Part shown: positions 36,799-44,971 of the stretch, piece after piece
Layout of the letters: each line of letters opens with the position of its first letter
Numbering within the stretch: position 1 is the first letter of the stretch
Source: a virus
IMG/VR virus record: IMGVR_UViG_3300008954_000025
Location: 1 to 64,000 of that record
Length of the DNA stretch: 64,000 bases
Reading direction: 5' to 3' (one strand)
Translations under genes and position numbers: made by a program
The notes under the pieces: model-generated
The model's database searches: none
What the model saw: only the letters and a program-made list of their open reading frames with translations
Told to the model about the DNA's origin: nothing

Positions 36799-37244
36799 GC
36801 AACGTAGAAGACACCGGTGGCCGCGAGCCTGCCGAGGGGCTCCGGAAGCAGCGGCGTGCCGAGGCGGCCGCGCGCCGGCGCGCCGCGGCCAAGGATCGCC
36901 CACCCGCGGAGCCGTGTTGGGGCCAGGTGGTTGCGGTGGAGCCGGCCGACATCGACCGCTTCGCCGCCCTGCACCAGAAGTCGCAGGCCGAGCGGCTCCG
37001 GTTCGCGGACATGGCAGCCAGCGCGATGCAGCAGCTGGCCCCGCAGCTCCTGGCAATGGGCGAGGCGAACAAGGAGGTCCGCGGCGTGTTGACGCACCTC
37101 GCCGAGAAGTATCGCATCACCCCCGAGGAGCGGGGCGCGGACGCTGTGTGGGAGCTGCTGCCGGCTGAAGGCGGCTTCGTCCGCCGCGATGAGGTCCCCG
37201 AAGTCCCGGTGCCGCCCGCGCCGGACACCCCGGACGACCCTTAG
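36795..37244 (+). CDS. Hypothetical helical protein
   Basis: GGAGG RBS, ATGA overlap. Confidence 0.65.
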   Translation: MSNVEDTGGREPAEGLRKQRRAEAAARRRAAAKDRPPAEPCWGQVVAVEPADIDRFAALHQKSQAERLRFADMAASAMQQLAPQLLAMGEANKEVRGVLTHLAEKYRITPEERGADAVWELLPAEGGFVRRDEVPEVPVPPAPDTPDDP

Positions 37245-37272
37245 CCCGCTGCTGTGGTAGGCTAAGACCGCC

Positions 37273-38352
37273 GTGTCTGGGCCGGCCGTCATCAACTTCA
37301 TCGTCCAGAACTTGGGGGCCGTCCGCCAGTTCTACGACGAGATCCGCGTACACCGGAGCGTTACGGGCCGCGCAGGGCCCTACGTCGAGGTCACCGCGGC
37401 CGGCGTCGCCGAGTACCCGCGGATCCCGCTCGAGGACGACAAGGTCGTCTACGAGTTTGCCCATCGGCAGGGGGACCCGACTGACTGGTATCGGGTCTCC
37501 TACAGCCTCTCCACCGACGCTACGGGTACGGTGGAGTCGTCACAGTGCGACCCGGTCCGGGCCGACTTGGAGCAGGTCCGCGACGTCATCACCGCGCAGG
37601 AGATCAAGACCAATTTCCTGTTCGGTCTGGACCTGACCGACGACCGCGGCGAGGAGCTGCCCGACAGTGTGTACGAGTGGTACGCGCTCGCGGCCACCGA
37701 CCTGCTGGAGTCCCAGCTCGACATCGCCATCCGGACCCGCACCATCGACAGCTCGGCCGTCGACGGCGGCGTCAGCGCGCCCGGCGACGAGTTCCAGGAC
37801 TTCTTGGTGCAGGAGTACTACAAGTTCATCTGGCTGCAGCTCGACCGGTACCCCGTCATCAGCGTCGACCGGATCCGGCTGGTGCTGCCCAACGGGCAGG
37901 AGATCATCAACTTCGACACGAGCTGGTTCAAGGTGCTCCAGGCCAAGGGCCAGGTGATGATCATCCCCAGCTCCGGCTCGACCGCCACGATCACGCTGGG
38001 ACAGAGCGGCGCGTGGCTGCCGCTCGTGTACGGCTGGACCGACTTCATCCCCGACGTGTTCGAGATCCGCTACACGGCCGGCTTCGCTAACGGCGTGCCG
38101 CCCGCGCTCAAGAACCTCGTCGGCAAGATGGCCGCGATCGGACCGCTGGCGATCCTCGGCGACCTGATCATCGGCGCCGGTATCGCCGAGCAGAACATCT
38201 CGATGGACGGGCTGATGCAGAACGTCCGGAGCACCGCGTCGGCGACCAACTCCGGGTTCGGCGCGCGGATCCGCCAGTACCTGGCCGAGATCAAGCAGGA
38301 GCGCAAAGACCTCTACCGCTTCTACCGCGGTATCCCGCTGCAGGTGGCGTAG
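37273..38352 (+). CDS. Head-tail adaptor (neck) protein
   Basis: E..LDI.I, P...I.Y.AG, GDLIIGAGIA...SMDG......T.SA..SG.GARI, as in Herelleviridae neck proteins; TGTGG-TAGGCT upstream. Confidence 0.8.
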   Translation: MSGPAVINFIVQNLGAVRQFYDEIRVHRSVTGRAGPYVEVTAAGVAEYPRIPLEDDKVVYEFAHRQGDPTDWYRVSYSLSTDATGTVESSQCDPVRADLEQVRDVITAQEIKTNFLFGLDLTDDRGEELPDSVYEWYALAATDLLESQLDIAIRTRTIDSSAVDGGVSAPGDEFQDFLVQEYYKFIWLQLDRYPVISVDRIRLVLPNGQEIINFDTSWFKVLQAKGQVMIIPSSGSTATITLGQSGAWLPLVYGWTDFIPDVFEIRYTAGFANGVPPALKNLVGKMAAIGPLAILGDLIIGAGIAEQNISMDGLMQNVRSTASATNSGFGARIRQYLAEIKQERKDLYRFYRGIPLQVA

Positions 38353-39155
38353 TGGGCGTGAAGAGCGACGTCGTCGGGCTGCCCTTCAAGCTCAACCCGC
38401 GCGTGGACTTCGAGATCGCGCGGTTCGAGAAGCTCGTCGAGCGGAGCCCTCGCTTCGTCTGGGAGCGCAGCGCGCTGTGCCCGTGCGCCAACAACAACAC
38501 GCAGACGCAGCAGGCCGACGTGACGTGCGTGCTGTGCGGCGGTGCTGGCTTCTTCTGGTTCGGGCCCAACGGCTACGTCGTCGATGAGGACGTGGTGGGC
38601 GCGCTCACCCAGACGCAGAAGAGCGTGCAGGCGCGGAACGACGGCGCGATCATCCGGGGCTTCATGGCGAGCGCCCAGATGATGCAGACCGGCTACGACC
38701 GGCTGGGCGGCTGGTTCTGGGGCCAGATGCGCATCACCGTGCGGCCGGAGAACAAGCTCGGCTACTACGATCGACTCATCAACCTGGACGAGTCGATCGT
38801 GTTCACCGAGACGCTGGAGGTCGACGGCGCAGCGACGACGCAGCTGCGGTACCCGGCCATCGACGTGTACGAGCTCCGCACGCTCACGTCGCGGTTCATC
38901 TGCGGCGTGCACTACGACGTCGTTGACGGAGACATCTCCTGGCTCGGCGGCCAGGAGCCCGACGCTGACACGCGCATCGCGGTCCACTACCTGTGCCACC
39001 CCGCGTGGATCGTCATCAACTTCCCGCACGTCGAGCGCGCGTCGACGACGCGGTCGAAGACGCGGACGGCCGCTGGCCAGCCGTCGCCGCCGCCAGTGCC
39101 GCAGTCGCTGCCGATCCACGCAGACGTCAAACTCGAGTTCGAGCGGGAGGGCTAG
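38352..39155 (+). CDS. Neck / head closure protein with zinc-binding motif
   Basis: WERSALCPC...C.LC.G.G, LGYYDR, L.YP pattern typical of this position. Confidence 0.75.
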   Translation: MGVKSDVVGLPFKLNPRVDFEIARFEKLVERSPRFVWERSALCPCANNNTQTQQADVTCVLCGGAGFFWFGPNGYVVDEDVVGALTQTQKSVQARNDGAIIRGFMASAQMMQTGYDRLGGWFWGQMRITVRPENKLGYYDRLINLDESIVFTETLEVDGAATTQLRYPAIDVYELRTLTSRFICGVHYDVVDGDISWLGGQEPDADTRIAVHYLCHPAWIVINFPHVERASTTRSKTRTAAGQPSPPPVPQSLPIHADVKLEFEREG

Positions 39156-39845
39156 ATGCTGGACGTGCTGTTCGACGGCGGCCCGCGGTACGAGGACCAG
39201 ATCGAGTACGCCGCGCACGGCGTGCGGCGGGACATTTTGGAGTCCGTCGGCCGCGAGCTGCGCGAGCGGTGGGTCCAGATGGTCGAGCGCGAGGTCTCGC
39301 CCGAGATGGCGCAGATCTACATCGAGGCCATCTCGGAGCCGATCATCGTCGGGGACAGCGTGTCCGTGGAACTGGACGAGAGTCACCACGCCGTCGTCCG
39401 GACCATCGAGCACGGCCAGAACAGCACCGACATGAAGGCGGCGCTGCTCAGGTCACCGAAGGCCAAGACGGCCAAGGACGGCGGGCGGTACATCGACGTG
39501 CCGCTGGTCTACAAGGACCCGCGCATGACCGCGCAGCGCCGTGTCTTCCCGCGGGACCTGCTCCCTGCGTTCCGCGGGACCGATCCACGAGGCCGCGTGG
39601 TGCCCCGCGACGCCGACCACGGCCTGCGCGGGCTGCGCAAGGACGACCTGGAGTGGAAGAAGCAGCACCACACGCCGATGAATAGGTTCCAGGGCGTGAA
39701 GTTCCGGAGAGTCTCGGAGAAGAGCGGGAGCTGGATCTCGCAGACGACGTCGGCCCACAACTTCGCCGCGCGCATGCAGCACGTCGTGTCCATGGTCGTC
39801 GACAGCGCGATCGACAAGGAGCTGAAGCGGGGACGCCTGGGATGA
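39156..39845 (+). CDS. Neck/tail completion protein
   Basis: DMK..LL.S.KAK..KDG.RY..VP, FRRVS.KS..WI. Confidence 0.7.
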   Translation: MLDVLFDGGPRYEDQIEYAAHGVRRDILESVGRELRERWVQMVEREVSPEMAQIYIEAISEPIIVGDSVSVELDESHHAVVRTIEHGQNSTDMKAALLRSPKAKTAKDGGRYIDVPLVYKDPRMTAQRRVFPRDLLPAFRGTDPRGRVVPRDADHGLRGLRKDDLEWKKQHHTPMNRFQGVKFRRVSEKSGSWISQTTSAHNFAARMQHVVSMVVDSAIDKELKRGRLG

Positions 39846-40558
39846 TCGAGCGGTTCATCTACACGGCGCTGACCGACGGGCTCGCCGAGCTGACGGCCGA
39901 GCCCGTGCGCCTCGAGCGCGTCTTCGACTTCTTCATGGGGCTCGACGACGCCGAGGTCGCCAAGATCCGGACGTACTACGCCAGCGACCCGCCGAACGTC
40001 ATCCACAACTTCCCGCGCGAGAACAGCCCGTTCCCGCTGTTCGCCATCGTGCTCAAGAACGAGTCGGAGCCCACCAAGTTCCTCGGCGACTTCGCTGGCC
40101 AGATCACCGACCTGGACCTCGATGCCTACGAGGGCTTCGAGGCGGACGGCGTCGACGGCTCCGAGGTCTTCGGGTCCATCTACCAGCACTCGTTCAACAT
40201 CATGGTGTACGCCAAGCACCCCGATGTGTGCATTTGGTACTACCACCTCGCCAAGTACATCATGACGCGCGCCCGCGCCTTCTTCGTGGAGTGTGGACTG
40301 TTCGACATGGAGCTGGGCGGCCAGGACGTGGCGCCCGACCCGCGCTACATCCCGGCCTTCCTGTTCGCGCGCACCTTGCGCTTCTCCTGTCAGCGCCAGT
40401 TCGAGGTCGTCGGGGAGCCTGCGAGTGAGGCGGAGGGCGGCGGCCGGGTCCGGGCAGTGGCCGGCATCCACGTCGCGGGCGGCTCAAACACGACCGTGGA
40501 CGGTGACGACGCAGTCCCTGGGGTCAAGACGCTCGTCACGCCCTACAATACAGAGTAA
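39842..40558 (+). CDS. Tail terminator / completion protein
   Basis: Position before sheath; NFPR...P...I.L..E.E...FLG, F.R.L. Confidence 0.65.
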   Translation: MIERFIYTALTDGLAELTAEPVRLERVFDFFMGLDDAEVAKIRTYYASDPPNVIHNFPRENSPFPLFAIVLKNESEPTKFLGDFAGQITDLDLDAYEGFEADGVDGSEVFGSIYQHSFNIMVYAKHPDVCIWYYHLAKYIMTRARAFFVECGLFDMELGGQDVAPDPRYIPAFLFARTLRFSCQRQFEVVGEPASEAEGGGRVRAVAGIHVAGGSNTTVDGDDAVPGVKTLVTPYNTE

Positions 40559-40570
40559 AAGGGGAAAGAC

Positions 40571-40831
40571 GTGGCTACACGACGAACGAGGACGACCCGG
40601 GCGGCGAAGACGGCGGCCAAGACGCCCGCAGTGGCGCCCGCCCCGCCCGCCCCGCCGCAGCCTGTGCTTCCGCGCGTCAAGCTCGTGGTGTTCACGCAGA
40701 CTTCCGGTGTGCACCCCACGCGGATGGCCGGGTTCGTCCGCAGGATGCGGGGGATCCAGCCTGAGCGGCGAACAATGGTAGAGTGGCGGCAGGCGTACGA
40801 GGCGTTCCTGCGGGCCCCGATCGTAGGCTAG
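40571..40831 (+). CDS. Small basic protein preceding sheath
   Basis: RBS; AGF...M......T..EW...Y.AF. Confidence 0.6.
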   Translation: MATRRTRTTRAAKTAAKTPAVAPAPPAPPQPVLPRVKLVVFTQTSGVHPTRMAGFVRRMRGIQPERRTMVEWRQAYEAFLRAPIVG

Positions 40832-40843
40832 AGGTACTGAGAG

Positions 40844-43594
40844 ATGACGGCGACCACGATCTTCTTCGACGGACGACTGACCGCTATCCCCGGCGTGGAG
40901 ACGCGCGTGGATGCCTCTGCGCTCGAGCAGGTGGGCCTGGGCGCGAGCGGCGTGGTGGGACTTATCGGTACCGGCGTCGGTGGCCGGCCCGTGAGCTCGG
41001 GCATGACTGTCGACCAGATCATCCAGCTGACCAGCCCCCGAGCTGCGCGGGACACCTTCCGCTCCGGCGACCTGCGTGAGGCGTGCTCCGTCGCGTTCGA
41101 GCCGAGCACCGACGCGGCCATTCCTGGTGGCGCCCAGACGATCATCGCCATGAAGGTCAACCAGGCGACGCAGGCCACCGCGGTCCTGTCCAACACCATC
41201 GGCGACGCGCTGACTCTGACCTCCGAGGATTGGGGTGAGTTCACCAACCAGATCAAGGTCTCGGTGGGCAACGCAGGTGCCGGCGCATTCGGGCGCTTGC
41301 TCACCGTGGTGCTGGAGGCGACCACCGAGTCGGGCGACGGTGTTGGGCAGGTCGACGACACGATCACTAACCAAGAGACGGCGCTGTTCCAGCTCGACTA
41401 CGAGCCGAGCACGCTGCTCGACGCCGGCTGGGAGACGATGACGGCCGACGTCCTGCCCACTGGGACTGTCCGCTGCTACGGCACGCGGACCGACCCCGGG
41501 CTCGACGGCGACGTGGACAGTGGCGATACCATGCCGGGCGGCGCTGACACGCTCGAGGTCCTCGCCGCAGTCACCAGCGCGAACATGGTCTCCAAGGTCG
41601 TTACGGTCTACGGCCTCAACAACGCTGGTACGCCGGCGCCCGTTAGTGAGCAGTTTACGCTGCACGCTGTCGATGCTGCCGCGAATCCCATCGCCGGCAC
41701 CGTGACCTTCTCCAAGGTGCTCGGTGTCATCGTCGACCAGACGTCCGGCAGCGGCGTCGCGACGGACCAGATCATCAACGTCCGTGAAGCGTCTGGCAAC
41801 ACGGTCATCTACTCGGTCGCCGTCGCCGCGCTGCGTGAAGGTCTCGTGCAGCCCTCGGCCATGTTCGTTGGCGGGACGACGATCGTCGGCGCGCTCGACG
41901 CAGCGCCTGGCGGCACGCGCGACGTCGCTGTCTGGGGTCTGGCGGCCAACGGCGCCGCGGCCTCCGACACGCTGCAGTTCACGATCGCGAATGGGGCCGT
42001 CGCCGTGCGCGGCTCGACGAACTTCTCACAGATCGACGTCATCGCCCTCGGCGACATGGACGCAGGCCGGACACTGACGATCAGCGCCGTCGCGGCGCAG
42101 ACCAACGGCTCCATCGATACGCTGACGAAGGTGCAGGACTACTTCAACGCGCGACAGGTCGACAACGTCGCCGCCGGCGCGCAGGAGTTCGGCTTCACGT
42201 TCACGATGCGGACGGCGCAGACGGGCCTCGACCCGGCCTTGCTCGACTGGACGAACACGCCGACGAACATCTTCAACCAAGGTTCGCCTGCGACCGCGCA
42301 CGCCGGCTTCTCGGCTGTGCTCAACGCGATGGTTGACTACTACACCACCAGCTCGGACCTGGTGACGCCTACTCGCACGGCGTTCACTGCGAAGCTGTAC
42401 ACGTTGTCGATCACGACGGAGGGCATCGGCGACTGGGACGTGACGATCGACGGCGTCACCGTGACGTACACGGCCGACGGTGCCGACACGGTCACGACCA
42501 TCGCAGCGGGGCTCGTCCTGCTCATCAACAACCACCCGACCCTGTCGCAGTACGTGCTCGCGGCCTCGACGGCGGGCGTCCTCACGGTCTCGGGCTCGAC
42601 ACCGCGGGCGACGACTGGGTTCATCACGACCATCGCCGGGGCTGCTGGTGGAGGCACCTGGGCGCTCGTGCTGACGACGGCGCAGGCGGGTAGCGGGCAG
42701 CCGCCAGACAACGTCACCAACCAGTTCCTCTCCGGTGGCGGTGAGGGTGTCGCGGCCGGCGGTGATTGGCAGGAGGCGCTCGACCAGCTCCGCAAGGTGG
42801 ACTGCAACACCATCGTGGTGCTCAGCGGCGACCCGGCCGTGCACAGCGCGCTCGAGGCGCACTGCGCGTATATGGGCGGCGCCGGCAAGTCGGAGCGCGA
42901 CGGTATCGTCGGGCTGTCCGCGGTCGACTCGGACAACGCGCCGACCGGCGTGCTGCCTGCCAAGGCGAGCATCAAGTCGCAGGTCCTGAGCATCAACTCG
43001 CGGCACATCCGAGCCTGCGCGCAGACGATCGATCGGCCGAACACCGCCGGCGTCTCGACGACGTTCATGCCGTGGTTCCAGGCCGCCGGCGCTGCGGGCA
43101 TGCAAGCCGGCAGTCCCGTCGGCACCAGCCTCACGCGCAAGACCATGAAGGTCGCGGCCATCGCGCAGGACAGCTCGTGGGATCCGGTCGAGGACGCGCA
43201 CGAGATGATCCTCGCCGGCCTGTGGTTCATGGAGGCGCACCGCACGGGCCGCCGCTGCGTCCGGAACATCACGACGTACCTGCAGTCGGTCAACCTGGCC
43301 TTCGTCGAGGCGTCGGTGAACGAGGCGGTGAACTTCACCGTGTTCAACTTCCGGAACGCGATGGAGACGGTGGTCGGCGAGCCAGGCTTTGCGGGCACGC
43401 TGGCTGCGGGCAAGAGCGCGGCGCAGACCAGCCTCAACCTGCAGCTGCGGGAGGGGGCCGTCATCCAGTGGCGGGCGCTGTCGCTCACGCTGGCCGCCGA
43501 CGTGATGGACGTCTCGGTGGAGGTCGCGCCCATCATCCCGGTCAACTTCGTCAGGGCAACGGTCCACCTGGTCACGTTGTCCCAGGCGGCGTAA
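40844..43594 (+). CDS. Contractile tail sheath protein with large insertion domains
   Basis: F.G.....PGV...VD.S.L, V..IG...GG.P, FRSGDL, S.DWG...N; C-terminal L.GG..G, SLT.K, ITTY, E.SV, PI.PVNFV. Confidence 0.92.
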   Translation: MTATTIFFDGRLTAIPGVETRVDASALEQVGLGASGVVGLIGTGVGGRPVSSGMTVDQIIQLTSPRAARDTFRSGDLREACSVAFEPSTDAAIPGGAQTIIAMKVNQATQATAVLSNTIGDALTLTSEDWGEFTNQIKVSVGNAGAGAFGRLLTVVLEATTESGDGVGQVDDTITNQETALFQLDYEPSTLLDAGWETMTADVLPTGTVRCYGTRTDPGLDGDVDSGDTMPGGADTLEVLAAVTSANMVSKVVTVYGLNNAGTPAPVSEQFTLHAVDAAANPIAGTVTFSKVLGVIVDQTSGSGVATDQIINVREASGNTVIYSVAVAALREGLVQPSAMFVGGTTIVGALDAAPGGTRDVAVWGLAANGAAASDTLQFTIANGAVAVRGSTNFSQIDVIALGDMDAGRTLTISAVAAQTNGSIDTLTKVQDYFNARQVDNVAAGAQEFGFTFTMRTAQTGLDPALLDWTNTPTNIFNQGSPATAHAGFSAVLNAMVDYYTTSSDLVTPTRTAFTAKLYTLSITTEGIGDWDVTIDGVTVTYTADGADTVTTIAAGLVLLINNHPTLSQYVLAASTAGVLTVSGSTPRATTGFITTIAGAAGGGTWALVLTTAQAGSGQPPDNVTNQFLSGGGEGVAAGGDWQEALDQLRKVDCNTIVVLSGDPAVHSALEAHCAYMGGAGKSERDGIVGLSAVDSDNAPTGVLPAKASIKSQVLSINSRHIRACAQTIDRPNTAGVSTTFMPWFQAAGAAGMQAGSPVGTSLTRKTMKVAAIAQDSSWDPVEDAHEMILAGLWFMEAHRTGRRCVRNITTYLQSVNLAFVEASVNEAVNFTVFNFRNAMETVVGEPGFAGTLAAGKSAAQTSLNLQLREGAVIQWRALSLTLAADVMDVSVEVAPIIPVNFVRATVHLVTLSQAA

Positions 43595-43604
43595 GGAGTA
43601 GTTC

Positions 43605-44084
43605 ATGGCGGCACCGGCTTCACAACGCGCAGGCATCACCAAGGGCTTGGTCGCCACGGGCGCGCGCGTCCACCTGGCGATCAAGCAGAGGCCGGTGGGG
43701 TACGCGACGATCGCGTCGTACTCCGAGACGATCGGCTACGACCCCGTGGCCGTGCTCGACCAGATGGAAATCGCCGAGCACGTGCCCGTCAGCTACGACG
43801 TCACGTTCACCGCAGCGCGGCTGTACATCGTCAAGAAGTCGCTCAAGGAGATCGGCTTCATGCCGCAGTGGCCCTCGGGCCAGGGCAGCGATCAGCTCCT
43901 GCTGAACATCCTCGCCCTCGGCGAGATGACGGCCGACATCATCGACCAGCAAGTGAGCACGCTCGTGTCGCTCGAAGGCGTCCGGGTCACGTCGCACAAC
44001 CTGACCTTCGGCGCGCGCAGCATCGTGGGCGAGGACGTGGCGTTCGTGGCTATCCGCGCCATCGACGCGGTCGAGGCGCCGTAG
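43605..44084 (+). CDS. Tail tube protein
   Basis: Follows sheath; TGARV.L.I....VGYA, PV.VLD.....EHVPV.Y.V. Confidence 0.85.
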   Translation: MAAPASQRAGITKGLVATGARVHLAIKQRPVGYATIASYSETIGYDPVAVLDQMEIAEHVPVSYDVTFTAARLYIVKKSLKEIGFMPQWPSGQGSDQLLLNILALGEMTADIIDQQVSTLVSLEGVRVTSHNLTFGARSIVGEDVAFVAIRAIDAVEAP

Positions 44085-44134
44085 AAGCGCGGCACTTACT
44101 GTCCGTACAAGCCCAACTCTGGTAGAACGCGGAC

Positions 44135-44659
44135 ATGGTCCGCAAGCGAACATCCGCTACTAAACCGTCCACGACAGCCGAGACTGCCGCCGATCTCCGC
44201 GCGCAGGCTGCCGAGCTGGCCCGCGCGCCCCTGGTCGCTGCACCCGATCCGGAAGAGGAGAAGGACGCCGAGTCCGAGCTCGACGCGACCGAGGTCACCT
44301 TCGACTTCAAGCACGTCGACCGGCGCGGGAACACGCACGAGGGTGTGTTCACCAACCGCATCCTGACTGTCGGCGAGCAGCAGGCGGCTGCCGCGACCTC
44401 TGCGCGGCTGAGCGGTGGGGTGCCGCGCGAGGCGCTGGATGCCGGCGCGGCCGTGCTCAACGACGCCATCGCGCACATGGCACTGTCGTTCACCGAGGCC
44501 AAGACTGGCGACTTCCGTGGTCCGAGCTGGGCGCAAGACCTTCGGGCGCTCTTTGAGCAGGAGATCATCATCGAGCTGTGGAAGAAGGTGGTGGCGCACG
44601 AGCGCCGGTTCTTTCGACTGGACGAGGTTGCAGAATCTGGCCAAGAACCCGCCGAATGA
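44135..44659 (+). CDS. Tail assembly chaperone (short form)
   Basis: Between tube and tape measure; TGG-TAGAAC 6 nt before ATG. Confidence 0.75.
   Translation: MVRKRTSATKPSTTAETAADLRAQAAELARAPLVAAPDPEEEKDAESELDATEVTFDFKHVDRRGNTHEGVFTNRILTVGEQQAAAATSARLSGGVPREALDAGAAVLNDAIAHMALSFTEAKTGDFRGPSWAQDLRALFEQEIIIELWKKVVAHERRFFRLDEVAESGQEPAE
44609..44617 (+). other. Putative +1 ribosomal frameshift site TTC TTT CGA
   Basis: Slip of TTT to TTC joins the chaperone to the +1 frame FDWTRLQNLAK...WWSDKYKLPPNDPRF, which has no convincing own start. Confidence 0.7.
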
Positions 44660-44963
44660 CGACCTCGGCGCACTTCAGCGCTGGTGGTCCGACAAGTACA
44701 AGTTGCCCCCGAACGACCCCCGGTTCATGGACCGGCCGTTCGCAATGCACGTGCGGGACTTCCTTGAGGACATGACGCAGGTTCTGTCTCGCATAGAGCA
44801 GCAGCTGCGTCTTGGCGGGGCCGGAGAGGATCAGTCCGACCTGGAGAAGACAAAAGAGACCATTCAGCGCATTCTGGGCGTCAACACCGACTCGGCGGCC
44901 GCCTGGCAGGAGGAGGTCGAGAAGGCACTCGAAGAGGGTAGAATGCCGGACTGGGAGACGTGA
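44613..44963 (+). CDS. Tail assembly chaperone C-terminal extension (frameshift product with 44135)
   Basis: WW..KY.LPP.DPRF motif; ends just before the tape measure RBS. Confidence 0.7.
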   Translation, partial: FDWTRLQNLAKNPPNDDLGALQRWWSDKYKLPPNDPRFMDRPFAMHVRDFLEDMTQVLSRIEQQLRLGGAGEDQSDLEKTKETIQRILGVNTDSAAAWQEEVEKALEEGRMPDWET

Positions 44964-44971
44964 GGCAGTAG

